Source: Rhynchopus sp. YZ270_cl-10
Taxonomy: Eukaryota
NCBI GenBank assembly: GCA_964035575.1
Contig: OZ037839.1
Span: forward strand, 620,001-684,000
Direction of reading: 5' to 3'
Length of the DNA stretch: 64,000 nucleotides
In this document: piece after piece, positions 52,601-64,000 of the stretch
How positions within the stretch are numbered: the stretch's first letter is position 1
Layout of the letters: each line of letters opens with the position of its first letter
Program-made: the position numbers and the translations under genes
Notes under the pieces: model-generated
The model's input: the letters and a program-made list of their open reading frames with translations, nothing else
Databases searched by the model: none
Told to the model about the DNA's origin: nothing

Positions 52601-55600
52601 ACCACATGACAACACTTGACATGACCATGACAAATACATGAAACAACACACAATAAAACAAAGCGTGTAACGACAGCTTCTTTGCCATAATAAAGTGTTC
52701 GCCGTTCGTGCACACCTCCGCAGGGATCGATGTGATGGGGGTGCAGATATGGGGTGGGTGTGGAGGGTGGAGGGGCAGATGTGATCAGCAGTTCAGCCGG
52801 TTCTCGAGCTTTCTCGCTTGCGACTCGGAGGTTTTCAAGTCATGCTGGATTGTGGCCTGTGTAAACTCATCTTCCAGACCCATCTTCTGGTGCATTGTGT
52901 GCGCTTCCTGCTCATCATTGTACTCCTGCTGCAACTTCGATGCTGAGAGAGGGAAAGTGTCATTTTTTTTTTTTTGAAAACTTGGTTGTATTAGTGTAGC
53001 CACCCTAGAGTGTGCTCCACTATATATTTTTTTTTTGTCCCGGCAATTGCAGGGCTATTTCTAAAAACCTGTCCCTGTCCCTGATTTTTGGAAAATGAAA
53101 GTTGCCAAAAAAATTGCACGGGGCTTATATACAGGACTGCCAAAAAATTTGCACGTACTACAGTACTTACCAAGAGGGGGGGATGGGCTTTCTGCTTGCA
53201 GAAAGTTGCCGATTTTTTTTTGTGTTGAAAAGTTTTCTTCCAGATTGTGCAAGACACGGGGGTTTTGGTGTATTCTGAAAAATCCTAGAGGGCGCACCAG
53301 GCCGCGTGCCGGAGGCACTATGAGGGGGTTTCTTAGAAAACTTGTTCTCTACACTAATATCACACCGACACCGTACTCATTTTAACAAAAACCAAGAACT
53401 TGCCCAATTCTGCAAATTGACCCCACACAGAACGGGCGGATTCCGGAAATGCAAATGCCGGTGTTTTCGTGCATTTTCATGTTTCAGGATCAGGGAGAGA
53501 AAATCTGGGTTGTGGGATTTACCTTGGCCCCTTTACCTTACACTCATTTTGACCAAAACCAAGAACTTGGCCATTTCGGCAAAGTGACCCCACCACAGCG
53601 CGGACAGATTCCGGAAATGCCAATCGCAGTATGTTTTGGGGCTGAAAAATTTTCAGAGTAAAATTTTTTTGAGCAGCATTTTTTGGCCGAAAATGGGCCC
53701 CACATATTAGTGACCGGGCTCATATTTTCAAAAATTTAAGTGGTCAAAAAATTGTCCAATTTTCGAGATTGACCCCATCACTGTGCGGGTGGATCCCAAA
53801 AATGCAAATAAGGACGTTTTTGGCACAAAATAAATCTGCCAAAAAAATTGTGTCCCGGGTTGGATTTTGGGCCCCCCGGACCCCATATTTAGAAATAGCC
53901 CTGGGCAATTGCCTAACCCTGGTGGATAACTGAGGGGTGAAAAGAATAGAAAACGACTTCAGGATAATGACAGTCGAAAAGAAAACACTTTTTCCGTTTA
54001 TGATGGTGTTTTTCGCCAAAATTCAGGAAGAAAAGTGAGAACATCGAGGCACCGAGGTCCAGTCGGCCGACCGAGAGGGGAGGGGGGATTCGACGGGAGC
54101 TTCGCGGGAAGACAAAGTGAAAAAATTCTTCTCTGATTAACTGCCATCTGCAAATGCTGTGACACAGGGTTTTTATGTTGTGAAGGAGTGCGATACTAAA
54201 ACCCGCCTGAGTCTGACGCCAATCGAATGTGCACGTTGACATACACAGCGATGTCATGAAGAGCAACAGTGTTGCTAAGACGGATCCTCTGGCTGAACTG
54301 GCTGAAGGGGGATGAAGTCTTACGCGGCACTACGTGCGATAAGCAGACACATTCAAGCGAGGGGGCGAGAAAAGGTAAATATATTTCGGATTTTTCGGGC
54401 AGATTTTTCGGGCGCGGGTCCCGATCCGCCTGTTGAAAAACACCACTGTGTATCGAAGCATCGAAGGATGGACGCAGATGTCGAAAGCGGCAAGGAAAGA
54501 GAATGGTCAATGGGGGTCGTCACGAGCGCCTACCCCGCTGCTAAAGTCTTTTCTCTTCTCTTCTGCACCGCACACACCTGCCGCATCGGAACGTCCGACG
54601 AAGACGAGATGTGTTGCCGTGTCTGTTTTGATGGTACAATTGTACAATCCAGACACTATTTGTTTGTGTCTGCGTTTCCTCGTTGTATTGCCCCCTTTTG
54701 TATTATTTGTATTTGCCCTTCCTAACCCCCATCAGAGAGAGGCCACCCAAAAAAAGTTTTTTTCCCTGGATTTTCGACTCCGTGAAAAGGCGCGAAGAGG
54801 AGAGGAAAAAATGCCAAATTATTTAATAATGTGTTTTTAACGTAGATGATGCCAGCTTTGTTGTTGTGTCATTACATACCCAGGGCTTCATCAGACTCGT
54901 ACTGCTGAACCTTCTTCACAACGTCTGTCATTTCGAGTGATGTACGTGTGGTGTTATCCTGCAGGTGGGTGGGGAGACAAAAAAAAAAAGGTGAAATAAT
55001 TTGCAGGAACTGAAAAAAGATCATGGGCATCCCTTTTTTGTTGTATCAGCAACCACTTTACACCTTACTGGTTGAAAGATCTGCACTCAATGTCTTTTTA
55101 ATAACTTTTTTTTTGTGATAATCTGTCTCGCCTATTCACAACTACGTACAGTCTTTCACCATCATTTTTTTCTCTTTGATCTAGCCTGCTCTTGAGGTGG
55201 CTTTCATTTGTGGGTACGACAAAGTGAAGGTGATAGTGCAAAACGCCTCTGGGACGCAGGCACTCATGACACCCCGCCTTCGCTGTATTTCATTTTTGTG
55301 GATGCAATTTTTGTGTGCACTCTTTGGCTGATGCCGTGTCGACACCTCGATTTTTTGTTTAGTGTGAACTCCACGTATTTTTTATTTCGCAAAAAATCGG
55401 ATCCATGCATGAAAAATCTTTTCATTTCAATAACAACAACAACGCGATACTACATACGAAAACTCATTCCCCCAAAGCAAATTGGGGGAGAAAAACAAAA
55501 TAAAAAATAAAAATAAACAGAAAAGAGGGTCAGGGGGATTTGACATAACTAACCGAAGGGAGGGTTTGAAAGTTTGTTTGTTTTGTTTTTGTTTTTTTGT

Positions 55601-57934
55601 TTTTGCCACTCTGTTTGTTTTGTATTGTATTTCATTGTAGTAGCTTTGTAAGGGAGGGGGGAAATATTACCTTAAAACTGAATGCGCCTCTGTGTGCACA
55701 CACGAGAAAAAAAAAATGGAATGATCCATTTTGGGGAAGGGTTTTTTAAAAGTTGGGAAATGGTTGGGTTTTATTTGAAACTGCAGCAACTTCATTTCTG
55801 GTATTTTTTTCAAAGGGGAAAAAAAAAAGTAGTTTCGGCCCCTTCCCATACACCACAACCGAGTATGAGCAACAAGGGGGTATGACTAGTTACATGTCAA
55901 GACTAAATAATGACAATACCCCCAGTCAAATGACAAGGCCTAACGCCACTCATTACATATAGGGGTCTTGTCGTTAGTTAGTCTTGTCATGTAACTGGTC
56001 ATGCACCTTGTCATATGACTAGTCATAGGTGGTAACTAGGTCGTGGTGATATGGTTGGGGCGGGAGGGGGGGTGAACAGAGGAGCGGCTGGGTAAACAGA
56101 TAATATCGTTTGATTGCACAATCTTCCTGTCAGGTTATGATTGGCATAGCGTGACCGTAAAGAACCATATCTCCTTCAAAGCAAGGATTGTAGGTTCTTT
56201 TGAAAAGGGGGTTTTTTCTTGGAAAGAAAAGTTAAACAGTTGTTTCATATACTAACTATTCTACTGAATAGAAGGTATAATAGGGTGCACTAAATGTACC
56301 CAAAGAAAAAGAAGTTAAACAGTGCCAAACGCCTCACCGTTCATCGGCGGGACGCAGGAGCACTGGGTCTCCGGATTGGAAGTCGAACCCCACCAGAGGG
56401 ACACTTCATTTGATATGCACACGGACTTGATTGAAAATACAAAGCCCCCTCGTGACTGTTCCTTGGTATTTAAAAACGAAACCAAACAAAACAAAAAGCA
56501 AAAAAAAAACGAGCCCTGAATTTACTTCGCTACCATGTGAACATAAGGGGAGGGGTACCCCGAGAAGGGAAAATATTGCACAGTGCTCGGCTCTCACAAG
56601 GCTCGCTCCCACGAAGGCGACACAGAAAAAAAATAAAATAAAAAGGTTGATCATGGTTTTACGCGACGGCCAACCCGATCATTGACATAACATTACTTCA
56701 AGAATTTGCATATGGCTCAGTCCATAACCCTCTCAACCCAAAAAAGTAACCTGAGCACTTATTGTAATATAAATTAACATCTGCTCAGATGTTTGGGTGT
56801 CTATGAACGGGGAGAGATTTTTTCACTAGCTCTCAGTAAGCTCTCACAGGCTCTCACAAGCTCTCACAAGGTCTCACAGGCTCTCACAAGCTCTCACAGC
56901 CTGTTACGTGTCCCACGGAGACGATCATAGAGCACCCAATGTTGTGTTCTGTTTTTGTTTTAATAAATCCAGAGTTAAGTTTCCGAACTTCCATAAAAAT
57001 CCTGAAAAGGTCGAACATTATTACGGTCGATACTTTTTACGACAATAAAACAAAAACAGAACACAACATCTGAGCAGATGTAAATTGATATCCCAATAAG
57101 TGCTCGGGTTACCTTTTTTGGGGTGAGGGGCTTATGGACTGAGCCAGACATATAATTTTTTTTTTTGTTTTGCAGCGTCACCAACTCACCTTTGTCAAAA
57201 AAGACAATGGGTTTGTACGAAGATAAAAAAGAGAAAGATTGCCAAGAAGATGAACCTATTCCGGGTTTAGTCAAAAAAGAAATCTTAACATTTGGTGCGC
57301 CTGACGACCCCATATTGCGTACTTCTTGCGCACATAGTGCGTAGTTGTCGCGTACTTGGAGTTTTGAATTTCTGGGGTACCAAACATACACTTTGTTACT
57401 TTGTTGATTTTTTTTTCAGAGGGAAAAGTCGCGAAAAATGGGGGGAAATGGGGGAATTTGTTGAAACGCTTTTACACCCGATCAAAAAAAAAAAAATAAA
57501 GATAAAAACTTGTAAGATGAATGTGTCTCTCGTGCACATACACACATCAAGAGAAGAGAGAAGACGAAAAGTGCAAAACACCTCACAACAACCAAGCAGG
57601 GACATTTGGTTCTCTGCTTGTCGAATCCCACCCCAAAAAGAGCACTTCAGAGGCATAGGGGTATGTACAACAAAACCCAGCGTAAACAAACAGCGTGAAA
57701 ATTATTTCATATACTTTCTATTCTACTGAATTGAAGGTATAAATAGGGTCGAAATGTACCCAAAACTTTTGTTCGTTGAAAAGAAAAAAAGAAAAAAAGA
57801 TTTATCAGATGGACCTAAGCTTAAGGTGCTTAGCTGCTTCAAAGAAGAAGCCTTTTGACAAAGATTGCAGGAGGTTGTTTGCAGGCACTGCACCTCCCAT
57901 CTCTTAAGAAGGAATCTCAGACCAACACTGCCCA

Positions 57935-58090
57935 CACGACGGTGAAGTATAGTACATTACAAGTGAAGTTACATGTAACGTTACAAGTGAAAAACCGTTA
58001 CAAGTGAGTTACAAGTGAGTTACATGTAACAAAAGTTACATGTAACTCACTTGTAACTCCACTTGTAACACCCGTTACTTCACCGTCGTG
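57935..58090. mobile_element. 156-bp CAC...GTG MITE
   Basis: Perfect 15-bp TIR cacgacggtgaagta with ca on both flanks; interior is gttacaagtg/gttacatgtaac repeats. Confidence 0.85.
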
Positions 58091-58420
58091 CATCTTTGAA
58101 ACATACGCCCCACCCCCCCACCTCCCCCACATACCCCAATACACTTTAACTTTTTTTTTTGCAATTTCGCTTACATCAGTACAGACTGATTGGAGGTATC
58201 TATACAAAAAATTATTCTTTGATAATGTTGGAGTGTAAGTTGGTTGCCTCGGTTGTGTTGCCACAGTTTGTACAATCTCCACTTCTTCTTTTTTTTTTTT
58301 GCGCTTTTTTTTTAGCTATCCTTTCCTCATTTACACGCTATTTTACACTGGAAAAAAAAATAAATCATAACGTTAATCTCACATTTGATATGAATCATTC
58401 GTTTTTTTATTCAAAAAAAA

Positions 58421-61400
58421 CTAGAGTAAGATGTGTGTATCGCTCTTCCCTGGGCGGCTTCCGAGGAGTTCGTCTATTGCTCGCGGGTCTGTGGAGATGA
58501 GGGACCTGGACCTGCTGCCGAGAAGAGGTTGCGAGGCGAGAGACTGGTGGTCTGCGATGGAATCCGCCTTTGTTGACTTGGAGGACCGCGTTGCACTGTC
58601 GGATGCGGTAGAGTCCCTGCTACGTGCCCTGCCGTCACCCCATTCGCTTTCGAACGGCATCTTCGTCCCCGACACCATTACATCATCGTTCACCTTAACC
58701 CCATGAATTGCAATATGATTCGTCGCTTCCTTCACCTTCGACACACCCACCATCACGTCCTCCTCCACCTTCGTCACTCCTATGGTTACATCGCTCTCAG
58801 GGACTTTCGACACTCCAATTTCAATCGGCTTTGCAACCGGAACGGCAGGGAATACTGTACAGTCTGGAGACTCTACAGATATCTGGACCTGCTCCTTTTT
58901 CCTTTTTGGGCAAAGAAGGAACATACAGAGTGCAAGGCAAATTCCTAGAACGGTTGCAGCAAGGAGCATCAGAGGGGACAGACCATAAGAAAGATCGTGT
59001 TCAATGCAGAAGGTGGAATCCGGGTAGAAAACGCAGAGTGGTATAGCCGTGGCTGTCACCGAGGTGGTGACAGATGCGGATTGGGAAAGAGAAGCGGTCA
59101 TGGTGAGGGTATGTGTGTCGGTGATGGGGGGTGTGATCGTAACGGTGGGGGTAGGTTCTGGGTCGATCCCGCTCCAGACATTAATGATGACAACGTTGTT
59201 GAGAGGCGGCAGACCTGATGCGGTGCAGTTCCCAGTAAAAATCATTTCGACAATTTCGGTTGACAAATCCGCCATTTCATACGATGGTAAGCGGATATCA
59301 AACTCCATTTCATATTCCGAACAGTGCGTCATCGAAATATTCGGAGTTAACCCTGCCTGAGGTGTTTCCGTCGCGCATTCAAAATTGCAGGTACGTGGCG
59401 CTTCTGGTCCAGGTTGGATCGTATTGAAGTAGGTGCATTCATCTGAATAATTTGCCCCACACCTCCACGTCTCCCATCCCCCAACCTCAGAATTATGCGG
59501 AAGAGATACGGAGACCGTCAAAACCTCAGAAACTGGCTTATTTTTGAAGTCCTTCCCTCGAACAACATCTTCCGAAACGTTCGCATCAATCCCCGACATC
59601 AGCCCTGCAGACGGAACAATCTGAAACCCCCCCGCATATATCCCACCATTTTGAAACGTCTCCCCAAACGGCGCGAGCAGCAGCTCATCCCACATTGTTA
59701 CATCCATCAGCTCCTCCACTGAGACATCATACTCAGGAACCTTATTTAACGTTACCACCAAGCTTGTCGGAAGGTCTACCCAGGGGTCAGCTCCAGGAAT
59801 GGGTCCTAATGCAAACCCTGATGTACTAACTAAATTGTTTTTATAGGTGTTGAATCCTCGTTCGTTCACCTGATAAGGGTGTGTCACTGAGGTGTTAATT
59901 CCGTCATAGAAAAGCTGTTTTAAAGCTTGGGAGAAATTCAATGGGTATGGCCCCCAGGCAGTTTCGAGGGAGGTGACGGTGGTATCGCAGCTCCATGGAT
60001 AGTTGCACGCTGCGAATGGGCAGGTTCCGTTGTCCGATACAACACAAGATCCGTTCGGTGCGTGGATCACTTCTTGTGTTATAGTACAACCTGCTGCAGA
60101 GTCGTTGTAGGTCGATCCGTTTACCCCAAACGGGCAGATGCTGTTTAGTTCGCAGGCAAAGCTCTGTGGACAGAACCCTATCCCACAGAGCGGAGGGGCC
60201 GGAGTATCGGGAGCTACCGTTGCGGGGATGGCTGTAGGCGAAGAAGTGGGCGGAACCAACGGAGCCAATGTCGGAGGAGCTGGGGTCTCTGGAACCAATG
60301 TGTCCGGCACCCCGGTTGAAATGGTGCAAGGTAAACACACATCTGTTGGGCACGATGCGTTTACTCCTATTGGGCATGTGGTCCCACCCCAAGGCCATAC
60401 AACATATGGTATGATCGGGCAAGAAGAAGAGTTAGGATCAATGGGGCAGCTTGCAGTGGAGGAGGTGGCGTTGAAAGGACCATGTGGGCAGAGGGAGGAG
60501 GAGCAGTCGTCTTTGGTGCCTTGCGCATCATCGCATAGAGTGCAGCGCCAGAGGCCTGGTGCGAAGAAGGGCAGCGGGCTGCCCGCGGCAAAGGTGATTT
60601 CGAAGGAGACGGAGCCAGAGCGGATCTCTTCTTCGGTGAAGATGGCGGTGATGTTGAATAGTGGAGAGCAGCGGTCCACGTGCTCGTATAGAGAGAAGGG
60701 TGTTTCTGCCGGGCAGGATGGGCCGTCCAAAGGGTAGCGCTCCGCATAGCCTTTGCCTTCGCCGCAGTCGGGGGGGTCCGTCAGTTCTTTTACTTCCCCA
60801 AAGCCGGCGGAGGTCCAGGTGCTTCCTGGGACTCCGGGGGCGTCCGGGTTGAGGGGTGGTCCCCAAACGGCTTGTTCCGTGATTTGGCAGTCCCAGCAGT
60901 TGTGTTTGACGCGGACGTTGTCGCGGACGCGTTCGAAGCGGCTGGGGAGGGGGCCCCATAGGTTGTTGTAGTCGATTGAAAAATCGTAGAATTTGCGGCC
61001 ATCGCGTCTCCACCCACCATGGCATCCGTTCCAACTCCCAAGACACGCTGTAGTTAACGGAAGAGGAAGGTCTGGTACCGGCCCCCATAGGGTATTGTTC
61101 GTAAACTCCCAAGACATTTCGTTGCAGTCGGTCGAGCCGTTTCCGGCCTCGATGATAGCTTTGATAGGCAGCGTGCCTGCAATTTTATTATGCCGTACAC
61201 GGAACCATTCTAACCGTGTCAATGTCTTCAAGGATTCATCCAACGGACCGCGTAAATTATTGTTATCCGCCCCAAATCGTTCTAATCGCGGCATTGTTGT
61301 AAAATCTGGTAATCTTCCTACCAACCCTCCGGTGCATTGCTCTGAATCGAATCTTGGGCATACTGTGTAATGTCCGATGTCTTTTATTTTTGTTAGTGCT

Positions 61401-63793
61401 TCGTCTCTCCATGATTTGTGTCCAGGTTGTGGAGGGGACATGGCGGGGTCTAAGAGACAGCATGCATTTCCATCCAAAAAGTATTCAGTTAGGACTCCGC
61501 AGGGGCAGGGCGGGATGGTCCCTGTGAGGAGGTTGTGGCCGACCCGCATGGAGACGACCTCGCTCATGCAGTCCTCGTCGGGGAGGGTGCCGGAAAGACG
61601 GTTATGATCTATCCACAGACGGTCGAGGTTTGTGAAGGAAGGGCAAAATGCAGGGAGGGGACCTTCCAGCCAGTTGTCGGAAACGCGGAGGTCTTGACCC
61701 CAGAGGGGGCCAACTAAGGGGATAGTCCCGGTCAGCATGTTACCGTAAGCGTAGAAGTTGTTGAGGGTTGGTGGTAGTGGTGGGATGGTGCCGGACATTC
61801 GCTCACCTTCGTAGAATTTTATTTCTGCGAGCTTGCAGATGGGGGTCGAGCATTTTGCGATTTGGATTCGATAGTATTGCGTGCGGTCTCGGCAGTAAGG
61901 GTCCCAGCCGCCACCTTCACCTTGCGCGCCTTCCCAACAGCTCGATTCTGCGTCGGTTCGTCGTTCGCGGCCGATGGTACGCCAGGTAGAAGGTGCGCAG
62001 GTCTGCCAGTTGTATCCGTGACGCCAGCTTCGGTCGTCGTCCCAGGAGCGCCAGATCATTTCTTCGGTGATACTGCTTTTGGCGAACCCGGTGCTTCCTT
62101 GATAAATGTTGACAGTGAGGGGGCATCCGTCGACGCCTTCCTTTGACATAGCGAAGGTAGTAGGGTTTGGTGTACGAAGCACTCCAGATTCTTGGATCCG
62201 AACCTTTTCGAGACATACAGGGCGGCCAAAGTCGAGGAGAATGTTGCACACATCGCCGGTCCCCGTTAGACACTCCCAATCTGTGGAAGCATCGCCGTCT
62301 CTTGCCGTGCCAAGAGTTGTGTCGACGGTGGTGGACCCCAAAGAACTGACCTGAACAGGGTTTAACTCCTTCCAGCCGACGTTGCGGTGGATTTGGAAGT
62401 CGCTCAGTACCGGCATGACCTGAACCTGTGGTATCGTTCCGGTCAGTCCGTTTGCACCGATGTGGAAGGTGACAACGTTGTAGAGCGCATTCACAAAGCC
62501 CTGCGCGAGAGATCCGGTCAGAATGTTGTTTGAGACCTTCAGTGTGACAAGACCGGGTGCTACCGTTTTATCTGGGATTGTACCGGAAAAGTCGTTGTCA
62601 CTCAGAGAATACTCTTCGATAACGCGGAAGTTGTCGAGACAAGGTAGCGTTCCGGTCAGCCGGTTCTCCCATCCCTGGAGGCGCTCTAATAAGGGATACG
62701 CAGTCTGATGGCACGGCAGCGTTCCGGTCATAAGGTTGCGGTAGAAGGTGAGATCGGTTAAAGCGTTCAATGGTGTCGGGTTGGGGGCCAACGCTTCCAT
62801 GCCTTGAAGAAAGTTGTCTTCAACGAAGATGCTCTCCAACGTCGGCTGCACCAACGGAGAAAACGGCGGCACCTGCCCGACCAACCGATTATGCGACAAA
62901 TCAAAATACCGCAGCCTCGTCATTGTATTCAGAGGAGGCACCGTGCCGAACACCTCCCTTTGCTCATCTATCTGCAAATGCTCTGCGACCGTCATATCCG
63001 TAAAATCTGGGATCGTCCCTGTCAGCAAATTGTTACTATGGATCTTCAGAGTAACCAGCTTTGTAAACTGCCCTGTTGGACCTGTAGAAAACGTTGGGAT
63101 CGACCCGGTCAGTTTATCGTTATTCCAGAGCACAAAGGTTTTTATGTTGGTTAGCATCAGAAGTGACGGAATGCTTCCCTGCACATTAGTGGATTGGAGA
63201 TGATATTCTTCGAGAGTGGTCAGTGTATCGAATGGAGGGAAGGCTGCGTTTGAGAAGGGCCCGTAGAAGTAGAGGTTGCGGTACGTCTCTGGGTGTTTCG
63301 TCCAGTAGTCCGGGAGGTCCCCGGTGTGGCTGTTTCCAAGACGCAGCTCGTAGAGGTTGGGTGTGTTCTCTAGTTCGTTGGGAAAGGTTCCGGAGATGGA
63401 GTTTCCTTGGAGGCGGAGGACCTCCAGGTCGGGTAAGTCTTTGAGAACGCCGTTAGGGAATGTGCCCCAGAGGTTGTTGTTGTCAAGGTCGATTGTGACG
63501 ACTTCGCAAAAGGGGCAAAGACGGCACTGCACGCCAGCCCAGCCGCCGTTTTCGCATGGATCGCCGGTCATCCACCCGCTGTAGCTGTTCCAAGTGCATT
63601 TGCAGTTAACCGGATTTGCTGCCTTACAGCATTGCACAACATTCTTCGGCCAAGTTGCGGTATAGATTTTACCTAATGCAGCGATTGCAGCGGGGTCGGT
63701 GACGCAGTTGCAGAAGGGGAGGAGGAGGAGGAGGAGGAGAAGAAGGGGGGTGGAGAGAAGGGTTCGTTGGCGTGGTGGGCGAGTGCGGAACAT
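58421..63793 (-). CDS. Type I membrane LRR receptor-like protein (plant-type LRRs, discoidin/F5-8-like island, Cys-rich region, S/T stalk, TM, kinase-less tail)
   Basis: Signal peptide (poly-Leu..CNC); LRRNT-like GW..GDPC...WAGVQC; many LxLxxNxLxGTIP repeats; TM LSPLMLLAATVLGICLALCMFLLC followed by PKRKK. Confidence 0.92.
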   Translation of the reverse strand: MFRTRPPRQRTLLSTPLLLLLLLLLPFCNCVTDPAAIAALGKIYTATWPKNVVQCCKAANPVNCKCTWNSYSGWMTGDPCENGGWAGVQCRLCPFCEVVTIDLDNNNLWGTFPNGVLKDLPDLEVLRLQGNSISGTFPNELENTPNLYELRLGNSHTGDLPDYWTKHPETYRNLYFYGPFSNAAFPPFDTLTTLEEYHLQSTNVQGSIPSLLMLTNIKTFVLWNNDKLTGSIPTFSTGPTGQFTKLVTLKIHSNNLLTGTIPDFTDMTVAEHLQIDEQREVFGTVPPLNTMTRLRYFDLSHNRLVGQVPPFSPLVQPTLESIFVEDNFLQGMEALAPNPTPLNALTDLTFYRNLMTGTLPCHQTAYPLLERLQGWENRLTGTLPCLDNFRVIEEYSLSDNDFSGTIPDKTVAPGLVTLKVSNNILTGSLAQGFVNALYNVVTFHIGANGLTGTIPQVQVMPVLSDFQIHRNVGWKELNPVQVSSLGSTTVDTTLGTARDGDASTDWECLTGTGDVCNILLDFGRPVCLEKVRIQESGVLRTPNPTTFAMSKEGVDGCPLTVNIYQGSTGFAKSSITEEMIWRSWDDDRSWRHGYNWQTCAPSTWRTIGRERRTDAESSCWEGAQGEGGGWDPYCRDRTQYYRIQIAKCSTPICKLAEIKFYEGERMSGTIPPLPPTLNNFYAYGNMLTGTIPLVGPLWGQDLRVSDNWLEGPLPAFCPSFTNLDRLWIDHNRLSGTLPDEDCMSEVVSMRVGHNLLTGTIPPCPCGVLTEYFLDGNACCLLDPAMSPPQPGHKSWRDEALTKIKDIGHYTVCPRFDSEQCTGGLVGRLPDFTTMPRLERFGADNNNLRGPLDESLKTLTRLEWFRVRHNKIAGTLPIKAIIEAGNGSTDCNEMSWEFTNNTLWGPVPDLPLPLTTACLGSWNGCHGGWRRDGRKFYDFSIDYNNLWGPLPSRFERVRDNVRVKHNCWDCQITEQAVWGPPLNPDAPGVPGSTWTSAGFGEVKELTDPPDCGEGKGYAERYPLDGPSCPAETPFSLYEHVDRCSPLFNITAIFTEEEIRSGSVSFEITFAAGSPLPFFAPGLWRCTLCDDAQGTKDDCSSSLCPHGPFNATSSTASCPIDPNSSSCPIIPYVVWPWGGTTCPIGVNASCPTDVCLPCTISTGVPDTLVPETPAPPTLAPLVPPTSSPTAIPATVAPDTPAPPLCGIGFCPQSFACELNSICPFGVNGSTYNDSAAGCTITQEVIHAPNGSCVVSDNGTCPFAACNYPWSCDTTVTSLETAWGPYPLNFSQALKQLFYDGINTSVTHPYQVNERGFNTYKNNLVSTSGFALGPIPGADPWVDLPTSLVVTLNKVPEYDVSVEELMDVTMWDELLLAPFGETFQNGGIYAGGFQIVPSAGLMSGIDANVSEDVVRGKDFKNKPVSEVLTVSVSLPHNSEVGGWETWRCGANYSDECTYFNTIQPGPEAPRTCNFECATETPQAGLTPNISMTHCSEYEMEFDIRLPSYEMADLSTEIVEMIFTGNCTASGLPPLNNVVIINVWSGIDPEPTPTVTITPPITDTHTLTMTASLSQSASVTTSVTATAIPLCVFYPDSTFCIEHDLSYGLSPLMLLAATVLGICLALCMFLLCPKRKKEQVQISVESPDCTVFPAVPVAKPIEIGVSKVPESDVTIGVTKVEEDVMVGVSKVKEATNHIAIHGVKVNDDVMVSGTKMPFESEWGDGRARSRDSTASDSATRSSKSTKADSIADHQSLASQPLLGSRSRSLISTDPRAIDELLGSRPGKSDTHILL

Positions 63794-64000
63794 TGTTAGA
63801 GGAAGGGGAAAAGAGGGGATGTGGGGGGGAGGGGGGAGGGGAAATTGAGTTCTGTTGAAAGTGTGAAGTACAAAGAAAATTGAAAAAAAAATTGTGGGGT
63901 GGGGTAGAGGGAAGGATATGTCATTTCTCCAGAGACATTTCGTGGTTTTGATTCTGTGGGTAGTCGAGTATGAGCGTGAATGGTATGCAGATGTGTGGCG

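Noticed and set aside
53913..54840. Cluster of 100-137 aa ORFs in a GC-richer patch
   Set aside because: There is no consistent frame or recognisable domain; it may be a decayed gene but this cannot be supported.

Overview
Eukaryotic, intron-poor, repeat-rich DNA. An LSU rRNA fragment resembles euglenozoan sequences, so a diplonemid or relative is inferred, not proven. Every convincing protein gene is on the minus strand: a cytochrome-b5-fused fatty-acid desaturase, an array of about seven ubiquitin-like-domain + 25-aa LRR genes interleaved with three copies of a 155-aa ORF, a 1173-aa hypothetical protein and a 1790-aa LRR receptor-like membrane protein. The standout is a full-length ~9.0-kb APE-type non-LTR retrotransposon (15836-24844) inserted at the UBL/LRR boundary of one array gene, with an 18-19 bp target-site duplication. 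From 5' to 3' it reads: HDV-like ribozyme; ORF1 (OTU protease, RRM-like, Ala/Glu coiled coil); a single in-frame UGA-CGG stop plus stem-loop (readthrough-like); a T2A-like StopGo peptide; APE; RT; zinc finger; a tandem Cys/His module; a C-terminal PIP box; and a 3' hairpin with no poly(A). The rest is a mosaic of non-autonomous DNA transposons. One Harbinger-like element has captured an rRNA peptidyl-transferase fragment, and two CAC...GTG elements share internal sequence but have different termini.
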